The notes under the pieces were generated by a model. That model was given only the letters and a program-made list of their open reading frames with translations, searched no databases and had not been told where the DNA came from. DNA of 64,000 nucleotides from Balanoglossus misakiensis (taxonomy: Eukaryota > Animalia > Hemichordata), in the NCBI GenBank assembly GCA_040954595.2, contig CM082576.2, forward strand, positions 2,330,760-2,394,759, in the 5' to 3' direction. Shown one piece after another: positions 9,278 through 21,646 of this stretch. The number at the start of each line of letters is the position of its first letter. The first letter of the stretch is position 1. Position numbers and translations under genes: made by a program.

Positions 9278-11791
9278 CTATGCCTTGACGTCATGATCAT
9301 GAAGGGCTGGTGCATGGCGCTGCAGGTCACGGACAAAATCCTTGACAACTGAGAGGGTCACACTGGGGTTCAGGTACATCTGCAACATCATACGGTGACC
9401 CCAAGGTGGCATGATGACACCCATGGTGACGTAACGATCGTTGGAAGCCTGGCATACGGGCTGCTCCGAAAACCAGCCTTTCAGACACATGGGCACCTAA
9501 ATGATTTAACAAACATAAAAAGAGTGAAATATATTAATGTAATTTCAGAAAATGGAAAACATTTCAAATATTTTGTGAGTATATGTTCATATACATGTAT
9601 CTTCTATGATATTTTAATATATACTATTTATTCAGATTACAGGTACATTTTTTGTAATCCAATAGAGGGCGCACTGTTACATGTGCTTCTCACCTGTTAT
9701 ACCAATATTTTTAAATTTTATGAAATACAATTTTCAACACTAGCTAATTTCATTCTTTGATACAATTGCATCGTTTTTCGCAACAACATCACATTCTTGA
9801 CAACTTTCGACACATGTCACAGAAGCATAGAACATGGAATGGTGAAATTAAAGACTGAAATGTGTTCAAACTTGTCATGATGAAAAGTTGTGTATAACTC
9901 ACCCCAAAACATCCGCAAAATCCCCAACAGCACGGAGCCGTGCCAAAAATATTGATATCAGATTTCACGCCAACTGAGGCGTATAATTCAACGCTGCGGA
10001 AGCAACTGATGGGCACAGACATATAGTTCAGGGTATCGTTGCAAATTGTTTGCACTTTGTAGCCCCCTGGTAGTTTCTTAGGATCACCAAACTTTGACAA
10101 CGAAGCTCCTATAAAGCAATTAATGCACAGTGTCAGAAAAGCATTTAAGACCTGCTTCATGCCATTCCTATAGTTCTTTATCGTTCTTTTTTGAGTGAAT
10201 TTATTTATGCAGATGATGAGATTGACTCAGAACCTGCTTCAACATCACAGATTTGTCTAAATCCAGTGTTTCCTTTGGTATAGGTTGTTTTTCTACTGAG
10301 GCAAACTGGATGAAAAAGTTATTGGTATAGAACAATTATTATGCTCACCTTTGAAGTAGCAATATTCTGAACAAAACACACACGATACAATAAACACAGA
10401 AATACGCAATGATCTGTCGCACACAAACCTGCTGTATTTTCTGCCGACAGAAAGACCAGTCGTTGATTTGTAAGGAATGCTCGTCCCTGTCTCATGGGAG
10501 TTTTGCTTGTCGGCTTCCCATATTCATCCAAAAATGAAACGAAACTGTAATAGATGTATTGATTGTTGACTAAAACCCTCTCACCATCAAACAGAAAACC
10601 TGTAAGAAATTGAAGGACACAGCAACAAAAATTACTCAAAAAATACTAGCCTTGAAGTTTATCAGATTCATTTTTAACTCTGATAACTGACGGTTGCTGA
10701 AATGGGATTGGTGGCAAAATGTATGATGACAGCTTTCTGTGTAATGTCAATTTCCGAATATAATTCCACCCCCCCCCCTCTTTGAAAATGTAGGAAGGGT
10801 GCACAAAGTTTGTGACGACATGTAATTAATTTTAATAAAATAGTCACTCACTGGCAAGGAGGTCATCGTACGACAAGTTGTCGTGCATGCCAGTGAATGT
10901 CCTGACTGTTTCTTGGTACATCTGGTTGGTTCGTAGTGATATCTCACTCTGCAGTTGAGCGTGACTCATGTGGATGCTGGTTCCGCTCAGAACATCCCTG
11001 GATGAAGGGTCATACATGGACTGGTTGAACATCCTTGGCACATTAGCGCCTCTTCCTTGCTGACCATACGAAGGTGACATTACTGCAGCTCCTTCTGCAA
11101 CCTGCTACGCAATAATTTTAAGAAAAAAATTAATATTAAAACAGAATTTTAAAATTCAGTTATCTCAGCACCTTTTTAAAATTGCATATATCTCTGAACC
11201 ATGACAATGAAGAGTGACATAAAATTTATAAAGGTTTCGTGTCTTTATTTGACACGGTGGACCATATTTCAGTACCAATACGGTTCTGGCTCAAAACTTT
11301 GGGTTCAGATTAGATGGTTTTCTCTGTAATTTGATCACTGTCTGTAACTGTAGCCTAGACAGACATTTTCCCAAGCAAGACTGTGTCAGGCTCATGCCAT
11401 AAACTTCAAGCCATTATCACTTTCGTATTTTCACTTCACAACATTCGAACTTCGGTTTCTGGAAGAATGCAAAAGAAAAGACTAAACTGCCACAAAAGAC
11501 GCAACAGCCTTGACCAAAGGTTGCGACTGCGAGCCTAGGTCACCTCAGGTCATCTTCCATGTAAAGGATTGGGAATGCGAATAGTCTCCGTAAACTTTTA
11601 ATTTCGCAGGTTTATTAAATGTTCATATACTGTAGTAATACAATGTATATACAGTCCAAGTGCGCGCACAGGCGCTTCAAAAACAAAGCACATTATTTGC
11701 GTATACGGGTTTTGTACAAGCTGCGACCCACATTTCTTTTGCCGTATGCACTACATAAGCTTAGGCCTACCTGGTACAATTCATCATCCAT
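9278..11791 (-). CDS. Uncharacterised protein of about 288 aa with a PH/GRAM-like core and a Cys-rich segment
   Basis: Phase-consistent GT-AG exons 11771-11791 (MDDELYQ), 10852-11101, 10429-10599, 9903-10108 and 9278-9496. The motif GRAFLTNQRLVFLS resembles the GxxxLTxxRlxF strand of GRAM/PH-like domains. There is also a CCWGFCGCFG cluster. Confidence 0.8.
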
Positions 11792-13215
11792 TCTGGTGGT
11801 TCCTGGATTCACTTCGTCGTAAATTAAATTCTTAAATTCAATCTCCATTCAAGGAGACAGCTGCGGTTGGTACGTCCGTCGGCTCTTTTTGGAGATAGGG
11901 AATATTTATGTGTTTCTTTTTTGTACTCTGACTTATAACCTGACTTTGCATATGGCATAACGTAATGCGTCTGCTCGTATGCGCATCTAAACCGAAAGTA
12001 ATTCAAGACTTCACTGGAATTCCCATGAATGCTACAGTAGTTTGCGAAAAGATTCCGAGAAGACACACGTGGAAAATTTTCGGCTACGTTGGACACAAAA
12101 TTAAAAACAAATGCTGATTAGAAACAAAGAGAAAACATCCACCAACAAAATTTGGCTTCTCGTGCCGACAAGTTGTCGTCAGTAGATCCTACAGAAACAT
12201 CTTACCTTTGCAACCTGCAGCTTTCTTCTGAAACAGTGAAATAAAGAAGCAGCAAGAGCTTATCTGTACAAAGACCTTTTGGGGTTTTATTCTTAATAAA
12301 AATTTAGATAAAGAGCCAAAGCTTCCATGTATTGGTAAATGGACGTACAACTACAAGTAAATGTCTATTAAATGGAGATAAATGCGACTGTGTTCCCATT
12401 CTCCGCGTAGTCTTTTACACTGTATGTGTAATTTATAAATTGTAATAACACGTTTCGGTTTAATTGTTAATTTCGATACACAAAATTTTTAGGACTAAAA
12501 GACACCATGATGACAAAATTTTAAGGACGAAAAGACACCATGTTGATAGCTAGCTTTCAGCGAACATTGTACCAATTCTGCGAACTGCACGCATCATCGC
12601 ATTCTGAGAAGCGGCTTTCCACGAAGGACCACAACCTTGATCAAATAAATAGATATAAGCAGATAAGACGAAACATTCAGTCACCACAACAACATGGGCA
12701 TTACAAAAGTACCACATGGCCAGTTATTTACCCTGTAAAATTGAAATCAATATAAATCGACGAATAAAATACTAAGAGTAGGTCAGAACCAGTAGGCCTA
12801 CTTCTGGTTTTTAACACTGCAGTGTACATCCCACCGTTGGCGGCAGTCGTACCGCGTATTGAGTATCAACCACACAGGTACAGAGATATAGACTGTTTTG
12901 GGGATTATATACTCAAATTATCTTTTTGTAATCTTCCGAACCTTACTGGATATGTTATACTGTATAATTTACAGCAGAATTCCAAAACTAAAGTTTGACA
13001 TTTAAAACGAGCCGTTGACAACTGTCTTTTCTAGTAACCGTGGTGGAAGGGACCGTTGTTTATGTTGAGGCGCACTAGCAACGCTTTCTGGTTTTCTAAA
13101 GTATTTTCGCATATCGTTAGCGATACTAAGAACAACGGAATCCCTTCGCAAAAGTATCGTTTGGGGAAATACAGTGCCGAAATCGAAGTTTTGCCCCCTT
13201 TATACACACTGAGTA

Positions 13216-13307
13216 CATGCGCATGTGCACTGTGCGTTGTGCACGCCAGACATAGAGCGCCCTCTTGTGGGCCCTCTTGGTACATAATGTAACCTTTGTC
13301 ACCTGAC
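13216..13307 (+). promoter_or_regulatory. ATP6V1D proximal promoter motifs
   Basis: NRF1-like tgcgcatgtgca at about 13218, a CTCF-like site at 13257-13270, and GTCACCTGAC at 13298-13307 (one mismatch to the CLEAR element GTCACGTGAC), all just upstream of the ATG at 13343. Confidence 0.4.
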
Positions 13308-13342
13308 CTAAAGCGAGTTATTAGTCGTGAACACGAATAAAG

Positions 13343-16123
13343 ATGTCGTCGAAAGACAGATTGGCGATTTTCCCGTCTCGGATGTGAGTATAGTATATTT
13401 TCGACTGTTGAATAATTTACCAGGTTTTTCAAGTCTAAGGCGATCTGGGTGCTGTGTTTATTGTGGTGGCCTGTCGGACATTACAATCTGATCGGCGCTG
13501 AGGTTTTTGTAGGACTTCATCCCAATTCCCATCCCACTCACTGTGTGCGGAGGTCAGGGCATACTCACGTATTGCTCTGTTACTTTAATTAAGTTGAAGT
13601 GTGAGACAAAGTGTTTCTGATCGATATAGATCTGGAGATGAAAAGTTGGTGTTTGGACTGAGCCAAAACACCGTGCAGTTTGTTGTCTCCAGATTTATGT
13701 GAACGGATTTTCTTTACATTTCTGGGTCTAAATTCGATGCAATGCTATGGTGAATTAGGTATTCGTTATTTATTGACATGATAATTGCATTGATAATGGT
13801 GGTACCTGGGTCTATATATAACATCCCAGTGCGCTCTGTGTAGTGCATAGGAGGGATATATTTTTTGAGCAGGTGACATGGATAATCCATCAGTAAAGTC
13901 ATGTGGCTATGTTAAAGATCTGCCTTATTTCAGCTCTTTTGCCAACTTATGAACGTGGGGCATCCAACTCGCAGTAGCCATCTTCTGTCCATTTGTGTGT
14001 AAGGCATGTGTGTTTTGTCATTCTGAACAGGAATAAAATGACTGTGTTTTGATTCCAATAAAAAATCTTGTGTATTTTTCCCCATTGCAGGGCTTTGACC
14101 ATCATGAAGGCTCGGTTGAAAGGAGCTCAGAAAGGACACAGTCTCCTCAAGAAGAAAGCTGATGCACTGACCCTCAGGTTCAGACAAGTGCTTGCTAAAA
14201 TTATTGAGGTGAGGTTCCCAGGGGTACAGGTCAATTGGGCAAAACTTACAGAATGCCATGTTTGATGCTTTCGTTTGTTGAAAAGGACTGTAACAGAAAC
14301 TCGCTCTGCACATCAACTAGAATTTCTTCTAAAAGTTACTGGGCGTTAAATGACTGGAAGAAAATTGCTCTTTTCCTGCAGACTAAAGTTTTGATGGGTG
14401 AAGTGATGAAGGAGGCAGCATTCTCTCTAGCAGAAGCCAAGTTTGCATGTGGAGATTTCAAGTAAGTCACCTCATCCATTTGGTTACTTTTTTGTAAAGA
14501 AAACTCACTGAAACTGTCATCCACCAACCAGATGATCTGCTAGCTGACCCATTTTGCTTTGGTCTGTACATGTATGTATGTGTGTTAGTGTATGCACATA
14601 TGCCAGTAACGTGTGCTCTATTAAGGCCCTGTCTTTCCATTTGCGTTTCAGTCACATAGTAGTCCAGAACATAACCAAAGCAGCTTGTAAAGTTAAGTCT
14701 AGGAAAGAAAATGTAGCAGGTGAGTTTTAGCCTTCTGATCTGGCGCAATCCCTCCATCACCAGTGAGGGCGGTGGGGACACAATGTCAGTTGTATGCATG
14801 TATGTAATGACCATATTTTGACACTTGCAAATGTTATTTCCGTACCTAATTTTTTTTCTTTTTCATCCAGGTGTGAATCTTCCAGTCTTTGAATATTACA
14901 GTGATGGAACAGATTGTAAGTATTCGAAACTAAACGCTACCGTCCCAGAATCCTCTATATTATTCATGTATCACACATCCAGAGACACACATCCAGAGAC
15001 AAAGAAAACATTTTTTTTCCTGAAAAAGTAGGGAATTAATTTTCCACCCGTGTTATCTTCCAGCAGTTCTTACATGCTGCTGTGAGCCGTGATTGTGTTG
15101 AATTACGAATCAATTTGTCAGCTGTTTAGTGATGAGGTTTGATGTTTTCAAATGTGGAAGCAGCAACAACAGAGTGACCCCTGAAAGAAATCTCTCAAAA
15201 TGTGTAACCAAGATCACCAATGTGGATGATCACTCTTGTGCAATATTGGCTCAAGCGCCTCCGAGCTGTACCTTGTTTTGACTTGTCCCCTTTCTCGACT
15301 GCAGGTTACGAATTGACCGGTCTCTCTAGAGGTGGTCAACAGATCGACAAGCTCAAGAAGAACTACGCCAAGGCTCTAGAATTGCTGGTGGAACTTGCTT
15401 CGCTGCAGACGTCGTTCGTGACCCTCGATGAGGTGATCAAAATCACCAACAGACGTGTCAATGCCATTGAACATGGTAGGTGGTGGGAGAGTTGAATTTT
15501 GTTGATGCAGTCATTTCATGCTCTCCAAGAGGGTGTTAAGAAGACAGTTTTGAAATGAAGTTTAAGGAATACAATCACGTTTATTTAGCATATACCCATA
15601 TATAGCTAAAAAGTGTGTTGAAACCTTCTAATGACAATATAGTTGCACACTTTTTTGCTTAGTGACCCTAGTGTTCCATTAGTAGAACAGAATTATGTGA
15701 GCCTTCTTACATGGCTGTGTGCAAGGTGACTTCGGCCAAGTTCATCTCCAAATGTTTGTGTACACACTTGTGCTGTAGAATCACGTTGATCACAGTACAG
15801 TGATGTTGCACACATTTGGGCAACACTGCATGGGTACACCCACTTCTGTACATGTCCATACAATCAATTTCCCTTGTCTCTTTCTGCTGTCAACAGTGAT
15901 CATTCCCCGTATAGAGAACACACTCTCCTACATCATCACCGAGCTGGATGAAAGAGAGAGAGAGGAGTTCTACAGACTCAAGAAGATCCAGGAAAAGAAG
16001 AAAGCGATCCGGGCCAGGACTGAACTGGAGAAAGCGGAGAGGATGGCTGAACAGGCGGCAGAGGAGGAGGAAACACCAAATTTATTAGAAAATGAAGAAG
16101 ATGAAGATTTGCTGTTTTTATAA
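13343..16123 (+). CDS. ATP6V1D: V-type proton ATPase subunit D (249 aa)
   Basis: Exons 13343-13383, 14091-14208, 14382-14461, 14652-14719, 14871-14915, 15305-15475 and 15897-16123. Protein reads [40 protein letters not shown]...[48 protein letters not shown]...DEDLLF. Confidence 0.97.
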
Positions 16124-17175
16124 CAATGTGGAAAAAAAGTATTTCACTATTTAATCCATGAAAACTGCATTAGTGAAGTCCTATGATATATGTGTAAAAA
16201 CCGACAAGACTGTTCAAAGCAGTACACACAGAGACAAGTTTGTGTAATTGGTAATTTTCAAAAGTAAGCATCAGGAAAAGTCTTTGAGTGGGATCCTGCC
16301 CGTTTATAGATAATTAGATCATGCCAAAGTAAAAGTACTTCAATACTATATCCGGTAGTTCTTTGTACAGTGGTTTCATATTTCTTGTTTTCTCCCCAAA
16401 ATGGCAACCAAACTGAAATGCTTCAAGTCACTAGAGAGATTTAATGTCATGGGTTTCTTTAAGACTTACAAATACATGCATTTCTTCAGAATGAAATTTT
16501 CTGGACAAAGTCTCAAATGTGCAATCAGTCTTCACAGTGAAAACATTCAGTGAACATTTGTAAGTAGATATTGCGATGGCAATATTATAATGTAGATAGA
16601 TTTATTAGGAGACGTGTACAGGACAGTGGCCAATCAAATGTAAACTTACCCTGGTGTACTGAAAGTGCAGAATGTTATTGCATTTGAGTTGCCAGATTTA
16701 ATGAAACGAGATAAAAACTCGTTAGATTATGCCATGATTATTAATTATGTGTTACTTGTCTCAGTAAATGTATAAAACTGTAAAATATTGTTACAGAGAA
16801 TAAATACTTGATGGTGACCCAAAGATTCTTGACTTGAATATTTTAAATACATCCTACCTACTGTATGATTGTTGTATTGCACAGATATAAACAAGCAATA
16901 CAAGTATAAAACATGATTAGATGGCCACGTATCTGTTTCTATCAAAAATAAAAATACAGTACTATGTTGATATAAAAACTTTAACTCCACTTCTTTTAAC
17001 ACTACTCTGTGTTAAAAAAGTACAAATGCAGTTTTGCAGAATCATGATATTTTTTATGTGGAGGACAAAAAATATCAATCCACAATAACAAATACCTAGT
17101 ATCCTATTCAGCAGGGTCTACTCTGTACCGTGACCCATGTCACCACAAATCAGCACGCTAGCCACATATAACGCT

Positions 17176-18914
17176 TCAATCTGACCATTCATCATCATCT
17201 GCACAGACGCCCTCATCATCTGACTTGGAGGCCTCTTGCTCTTTCACTGCCATAATTTTGTCCGTCCACGATCCCCCAACTGCCTGTCCGCCAGCATAGT
17301 TGCAGACATTCACATTTTCAAAGTCGATTTTGGTGATGGATTCTGTCAGCACAAAAATTTTGAGACATGATTCAGTGGATATATTTGCTTGGATTGTTGA
17401 GCTTTGTATGGGAAGCTGTGTTGTTCTGCTTGTTAGAAGCACCTGAATTGCACTATTCTGAATCTGCTTGTGGATATCTATATTGACACAATTGCCAGTT
17501 ACAGGGATTATTTTGCCTTTTTTTCAATGCTATATCCATCAACATTACAACAGAGCAAAGCAGATACAGTCCTAATACCCTACAAAACAACCGACACAAC
17601 ATGAAAAGGATCACAACATGCAACTTTATCCCTGGGTTCTGTGACTTGAACTCTTTCCGCATGCCCCCACACACGAGGCCAGCACTATGAAGGCATATCA
17701 TATCAAAGTTTCACTCACTAGAATCAGTGTAGTGTCATTTTACTCTTCCTGTGTTTTGATTTATATCAAATTAATTTAGGGTCTGTCAACGAAATTTGAT
17801 TATGAAATGACTCTACATACCAATAAATTGCCCATCACCCTTGGTTTTCAGTCGGACATTTTGTCCCTCGACTAATTCCATCTTTTCCATTGCATCTTCT
17901 TCCAACCAAAGTGGAATGGTGCCAGCAGGCGACTGTTTCTCTGTCAACTTTGTCAGCTCAGGTTTCCTCATGAGGGCAGCAGCTTCATCAGCCGAAAGTC
18001 TGTCTGTTTGACCTTTGGGGTCAACTCCTACATATGGAAGAGTTATCAATCAGAAAACAGCAATGTCTGGTTTATTGGTTGGGTCAATTTGATTTTTTCT
18101 CTTGGTGTTAATTTTCAGGATCACTGATGAGAATTTTTTTATGCACTTTTCAATGGCAAATGATGCATGACCAAGGCAAACACAGTTTCCAGACATGACA
18201 GCAACAAAGAACATTTAGCAAGTGTTCATGACTTTTTGAAATGACTTACTGTACGACGATTGCAGGTAGCCGGTCCTAACTTTCTTTGTTTCACTAAAAT
18301 TTGGTTCGATTTCTTTACCAGAACTGTCAAACTGTCTCTTGTGAGCACTGTCCACTTTGGTGTGCAGGACATAATATCTGTGCTGAAATAAAATTAAAAA
18401 AGCGTAAAGATGACATTTTAATTGTTGAATCAGGAAATTGAAAAGTGAATTATGAAGTTTCAAACGACAAAAGTAACCTTATGTATGCTGTATGAAGTTG
18501 TTCATGTTCTTACCTTTGCTTTAGATGAATCTGTGATAATATGTCTTGACCTTGATTCAACTGTGCCCTCCAATAAAATGCCTAGGCCACTGATGAACAA
18601 TGAAACACAAAATTATTGAATATGATATATGATATGCCTAAATAACTTTTAAAAAATTAACACGTAAAACATAAAATTTAACAAATCTGCTGAACTGCAG
18701 CCCATATGAAGTGTGCACAGACGAAATGTCAGACCTTTAGGGATGGGCCTTCAATGTATGTGTCACTGCATAAAACTGGAAAAGAAAGTAGAACTTTTGT
18801 ATTATAGTTTCACAATGTTTACCTCTGAAAATCATGCGGTTGCCATTGTCCAGGAATGGAATGATTGATTACAGGAATAGAATGTAGTGGTTTGTTGTCG
18901 TACATACGACTCAT
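17176..18914 (-). CDS. ARPIN: Arpin, Arp2/3 complex inhibitor (224 aa)
   Basis: Exons 18823-18914 (MSRMYDNKPL...), 18514-18589 (GLGILLEG...SRHIITD), 18250-18382 (HKRQFD..GKEIEPNFSETKKVRTGYLQSSY), 17821-18027 and 17176-17342. It ends in the acidic Trp motif DDDEWSD. Confidence 0.93.
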
Positions 18915-19232
18915 TATGAAAACCCTGCTGGAATACCGTCAAATCTTCGAAATTCTGAGCAGCAAGCAGTTCACAAGGGAGCTGGTCGTACCCGGAAGTA
19001 AATTTCTCTTTAATCAGCCAGTGTTTATAACAAAGATTCTGATTGGACGTGAAAAGGACAACATCCAATGAAGTAACAAGTTTCAAACGACGTTGTTTAT
19101 AACTGCACTTGTCAACAGACAAGCAGAAGTCCAGACATCGGACACCTGAGATCACAGCTGTATCGGAGCACTGCAACGAATAATTATATATTATGAAGAT
19201 TCTTGCTGCAATGCCGAGGTGAATCAACGACA

Positions 19233-21646
19233 ATGTCGTACAACTTCGTGGTGTGCGACGAAGGAAGCAGCGTGTACACAGCAGTAGCCGAAGTGCTGTC
19301 TGCTCGAAAATACTGGAGACGTGTGTCGAACCATAAACACCGATTTCATCTCATGTTTGGCGAGAGAAATAAATTACCATTCGGTAGACTGGGTAAGTGT
19401 GGGCTGTCTTTCCAAATAACATCAGACTTTTAGCAGCAACATCGTTGACAGAATGCTTGATCAACTCTAAATACTGTCATTTGTAGTATTAACGACTTTG
19501 TGAACAAGATCAGTCCATGATCATGCAGTCATGTGTTTCATATACATCTTTTGATTCATTTTTCACTCATGCTGATAAATCCCTGATGATCAATGCATTT
19601 GTCTTCCAAGGATATGAGCCAGGACTGAGGCAGCTTGTTAATTATTACCGTGGATCTGGGAGGCTGTGCAGGAAGACTACATTAGTCAATGTCTTACAAG
19701 AATACTGTGTCCCACTGGACAAAGATCCATTCCAGTGGCTGCCCCCATCCTTCGTACTCTATCCAAAGAACATCGAAACGCCGGCTGAGAATGATAACAG
19801 TCTAAAAGCAATGATGATGAGGAGAAAACAGGAGAAGACAGATGAGAGGGAGGCGTTCTTGACGGCGCATCATGAGATGAAAGGCAGTGGTTTGGGCAGA
19901 GTGTGGATTGCCAAGTCTGCAGCTGGTGCCAAGGGTAAGAAAGACTGATGATGGTCAGACAGAATATTTTGGAACACACTATAGGTTGTCATCTGTTCTA
20001 TTTCTTTGCTTTTCTTTTTGCAGGAGAGGGAATTCTCATTTCAGACAGTGCTGAAGAGTTGATCGACTTTGTTGATAGGCAGTCACGAGCTCATGTCATT
20101 CAGAAATACATTGAGAAGCCAATGTTACTAGATGGCAACAGAAAGTTTGACATCAGGTTAGTGCAGTGACTGTATACTTTTGCATTTCATGTAGTTGACA
20201 GCAAAAAACAGATGTGTCTATAGTCTAGCTTGGCAGACAGAAAAAAAATCACACATGATTATGTGAATTCTAATTATGGTGTCACTCATTAAACTTTCCT
20301 CTAGATGTTGGGTTCTCCTGGATCATGATTATAACATGTATCTCTACAAAGAGGGTGTGTTAAGAACTGCATCTGATCCGTATGACCCCACTGACTTCAA
20401 AGACACCACTGGTCACCTCACCAACCACTGTTTACAGGTAAAATAGAACTACATCAGTATTTTAATGTGGCCACACTCACACGTACACTATCTAAATTCA
20501 CTCAGTGTTCCACATCATTTAAGTGGCTGTTAGCATTTCAATTGAAACTCAAATTTTACAATCGTGTTCAGACTTTGATGTAAGGTGAATTCTAAGTCAA
20601 GGAGAGAAAGAATTTGAAAATAAATCAGGCCATAACCTTTTGTGTTGATGATTTCATTCTCCAGTAACTGTTCTACTGTCTTGTTTCAGGAGGCACTGTC
20701 GCCGAATTTTGGAAAGTATGAGGTAGGCAACGAAATGTTCTATGATGAGTTCAATAGGTAGGTAATATGTATAGATTCATTGCTGCACTCACTCACAAGA
20801 TTAGGGTGCATGCATGGAATTTTGTGAATAGCCGATCCTTGAAGAAACTGAAACTGAACTTCTCATCACTAGAATTGAAACAGACAGCAACACAAACACA
20901 CATACTTTACTGTATTTTCATAATAAACTCTTAAAATTCTTGTATTATTTGCAGGTATTTACAAGAGAATTATCAGTGTAGTCTTGAAGACAGCATTCTT
21001 CCTCAAATAAGAGTGATACTCAAAGAGTGCCTGCTAGCTATCAAAGATGTGAGTACTTTGTTTCTAGTAGCTGTCAATGCAATGTTAAACTATTAAAAAA
21101 AAATTCATCTTTCATTACAAAATCACAGTTACAAGTTGGCTGTCTGTGATGCACACTTGCAACTTTCTTATTCACCTCCCGCTACCTGCACAAGCAGATA
21201 TGTTGTCTCTGATCAAAGTTGTCTCTGTCTTTCCTTCACAGCAAATCAGTACAGATGGTCTGAAGTATCAGAGTTTTCAACTGTTTGGGTTTGACTTCAT
21301 GGTGGACGTAAACTTCAAAGTGTGGCTGATAGAAGTGAATGGTTCACCTGCATGCGCACAGTACGTGTCAAGAACGAGTCCCATCATTGATTTCATGTAA
21401 TTTAAAATTGTTTTAAAACGACCATGGACCAGAGGCAAAGTGTTTGGTAAATCTTACAGAAAAGAAGTGCCACTACACTTCAACGGAATGTAACATTTTG
21501 TGTTTCCGATTTTCTTTTCTGCTTTCAGGAAACTGCTTCCGGGACTTGCTGCAGCCCTTGTGCGCGTTGCCATAGATCCTGTCTTTCCACCACAGACAGA
21601 TGAGGAACTCAATGGCCAACCTGATCTCTTTCAAAGATTACACTAG
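19233..21646 (+). CDS. TTL: Tubulin--tyrosine ligase
   Basis: Exons 19233-19392, 19611-19934, 20024-20156, 20305-20437, 20690-20757, 20955-21048, 21242-21360 and 21529-21646. Motifs include [65 protein letters not shown] and [23 protein letters not shown]. Confidence 0.96.

Noticed and set aside
10225-10290. Possible U7 snRNA (atttgtcta Sm-like site)
   Set aside because: There is no 5' sequence complementary to the HDE and no convincing 3' hairpin; it lies in an intron of the opposite-strand gene.
12206-12227. 22-nt minus-strand micro-exon (cag|...aaag|gtaag)
   Set aside because: It may be a 5' UTR exon of the GRAM-like gene, but it cannot be linked to neighbouring exons from sequence alone.
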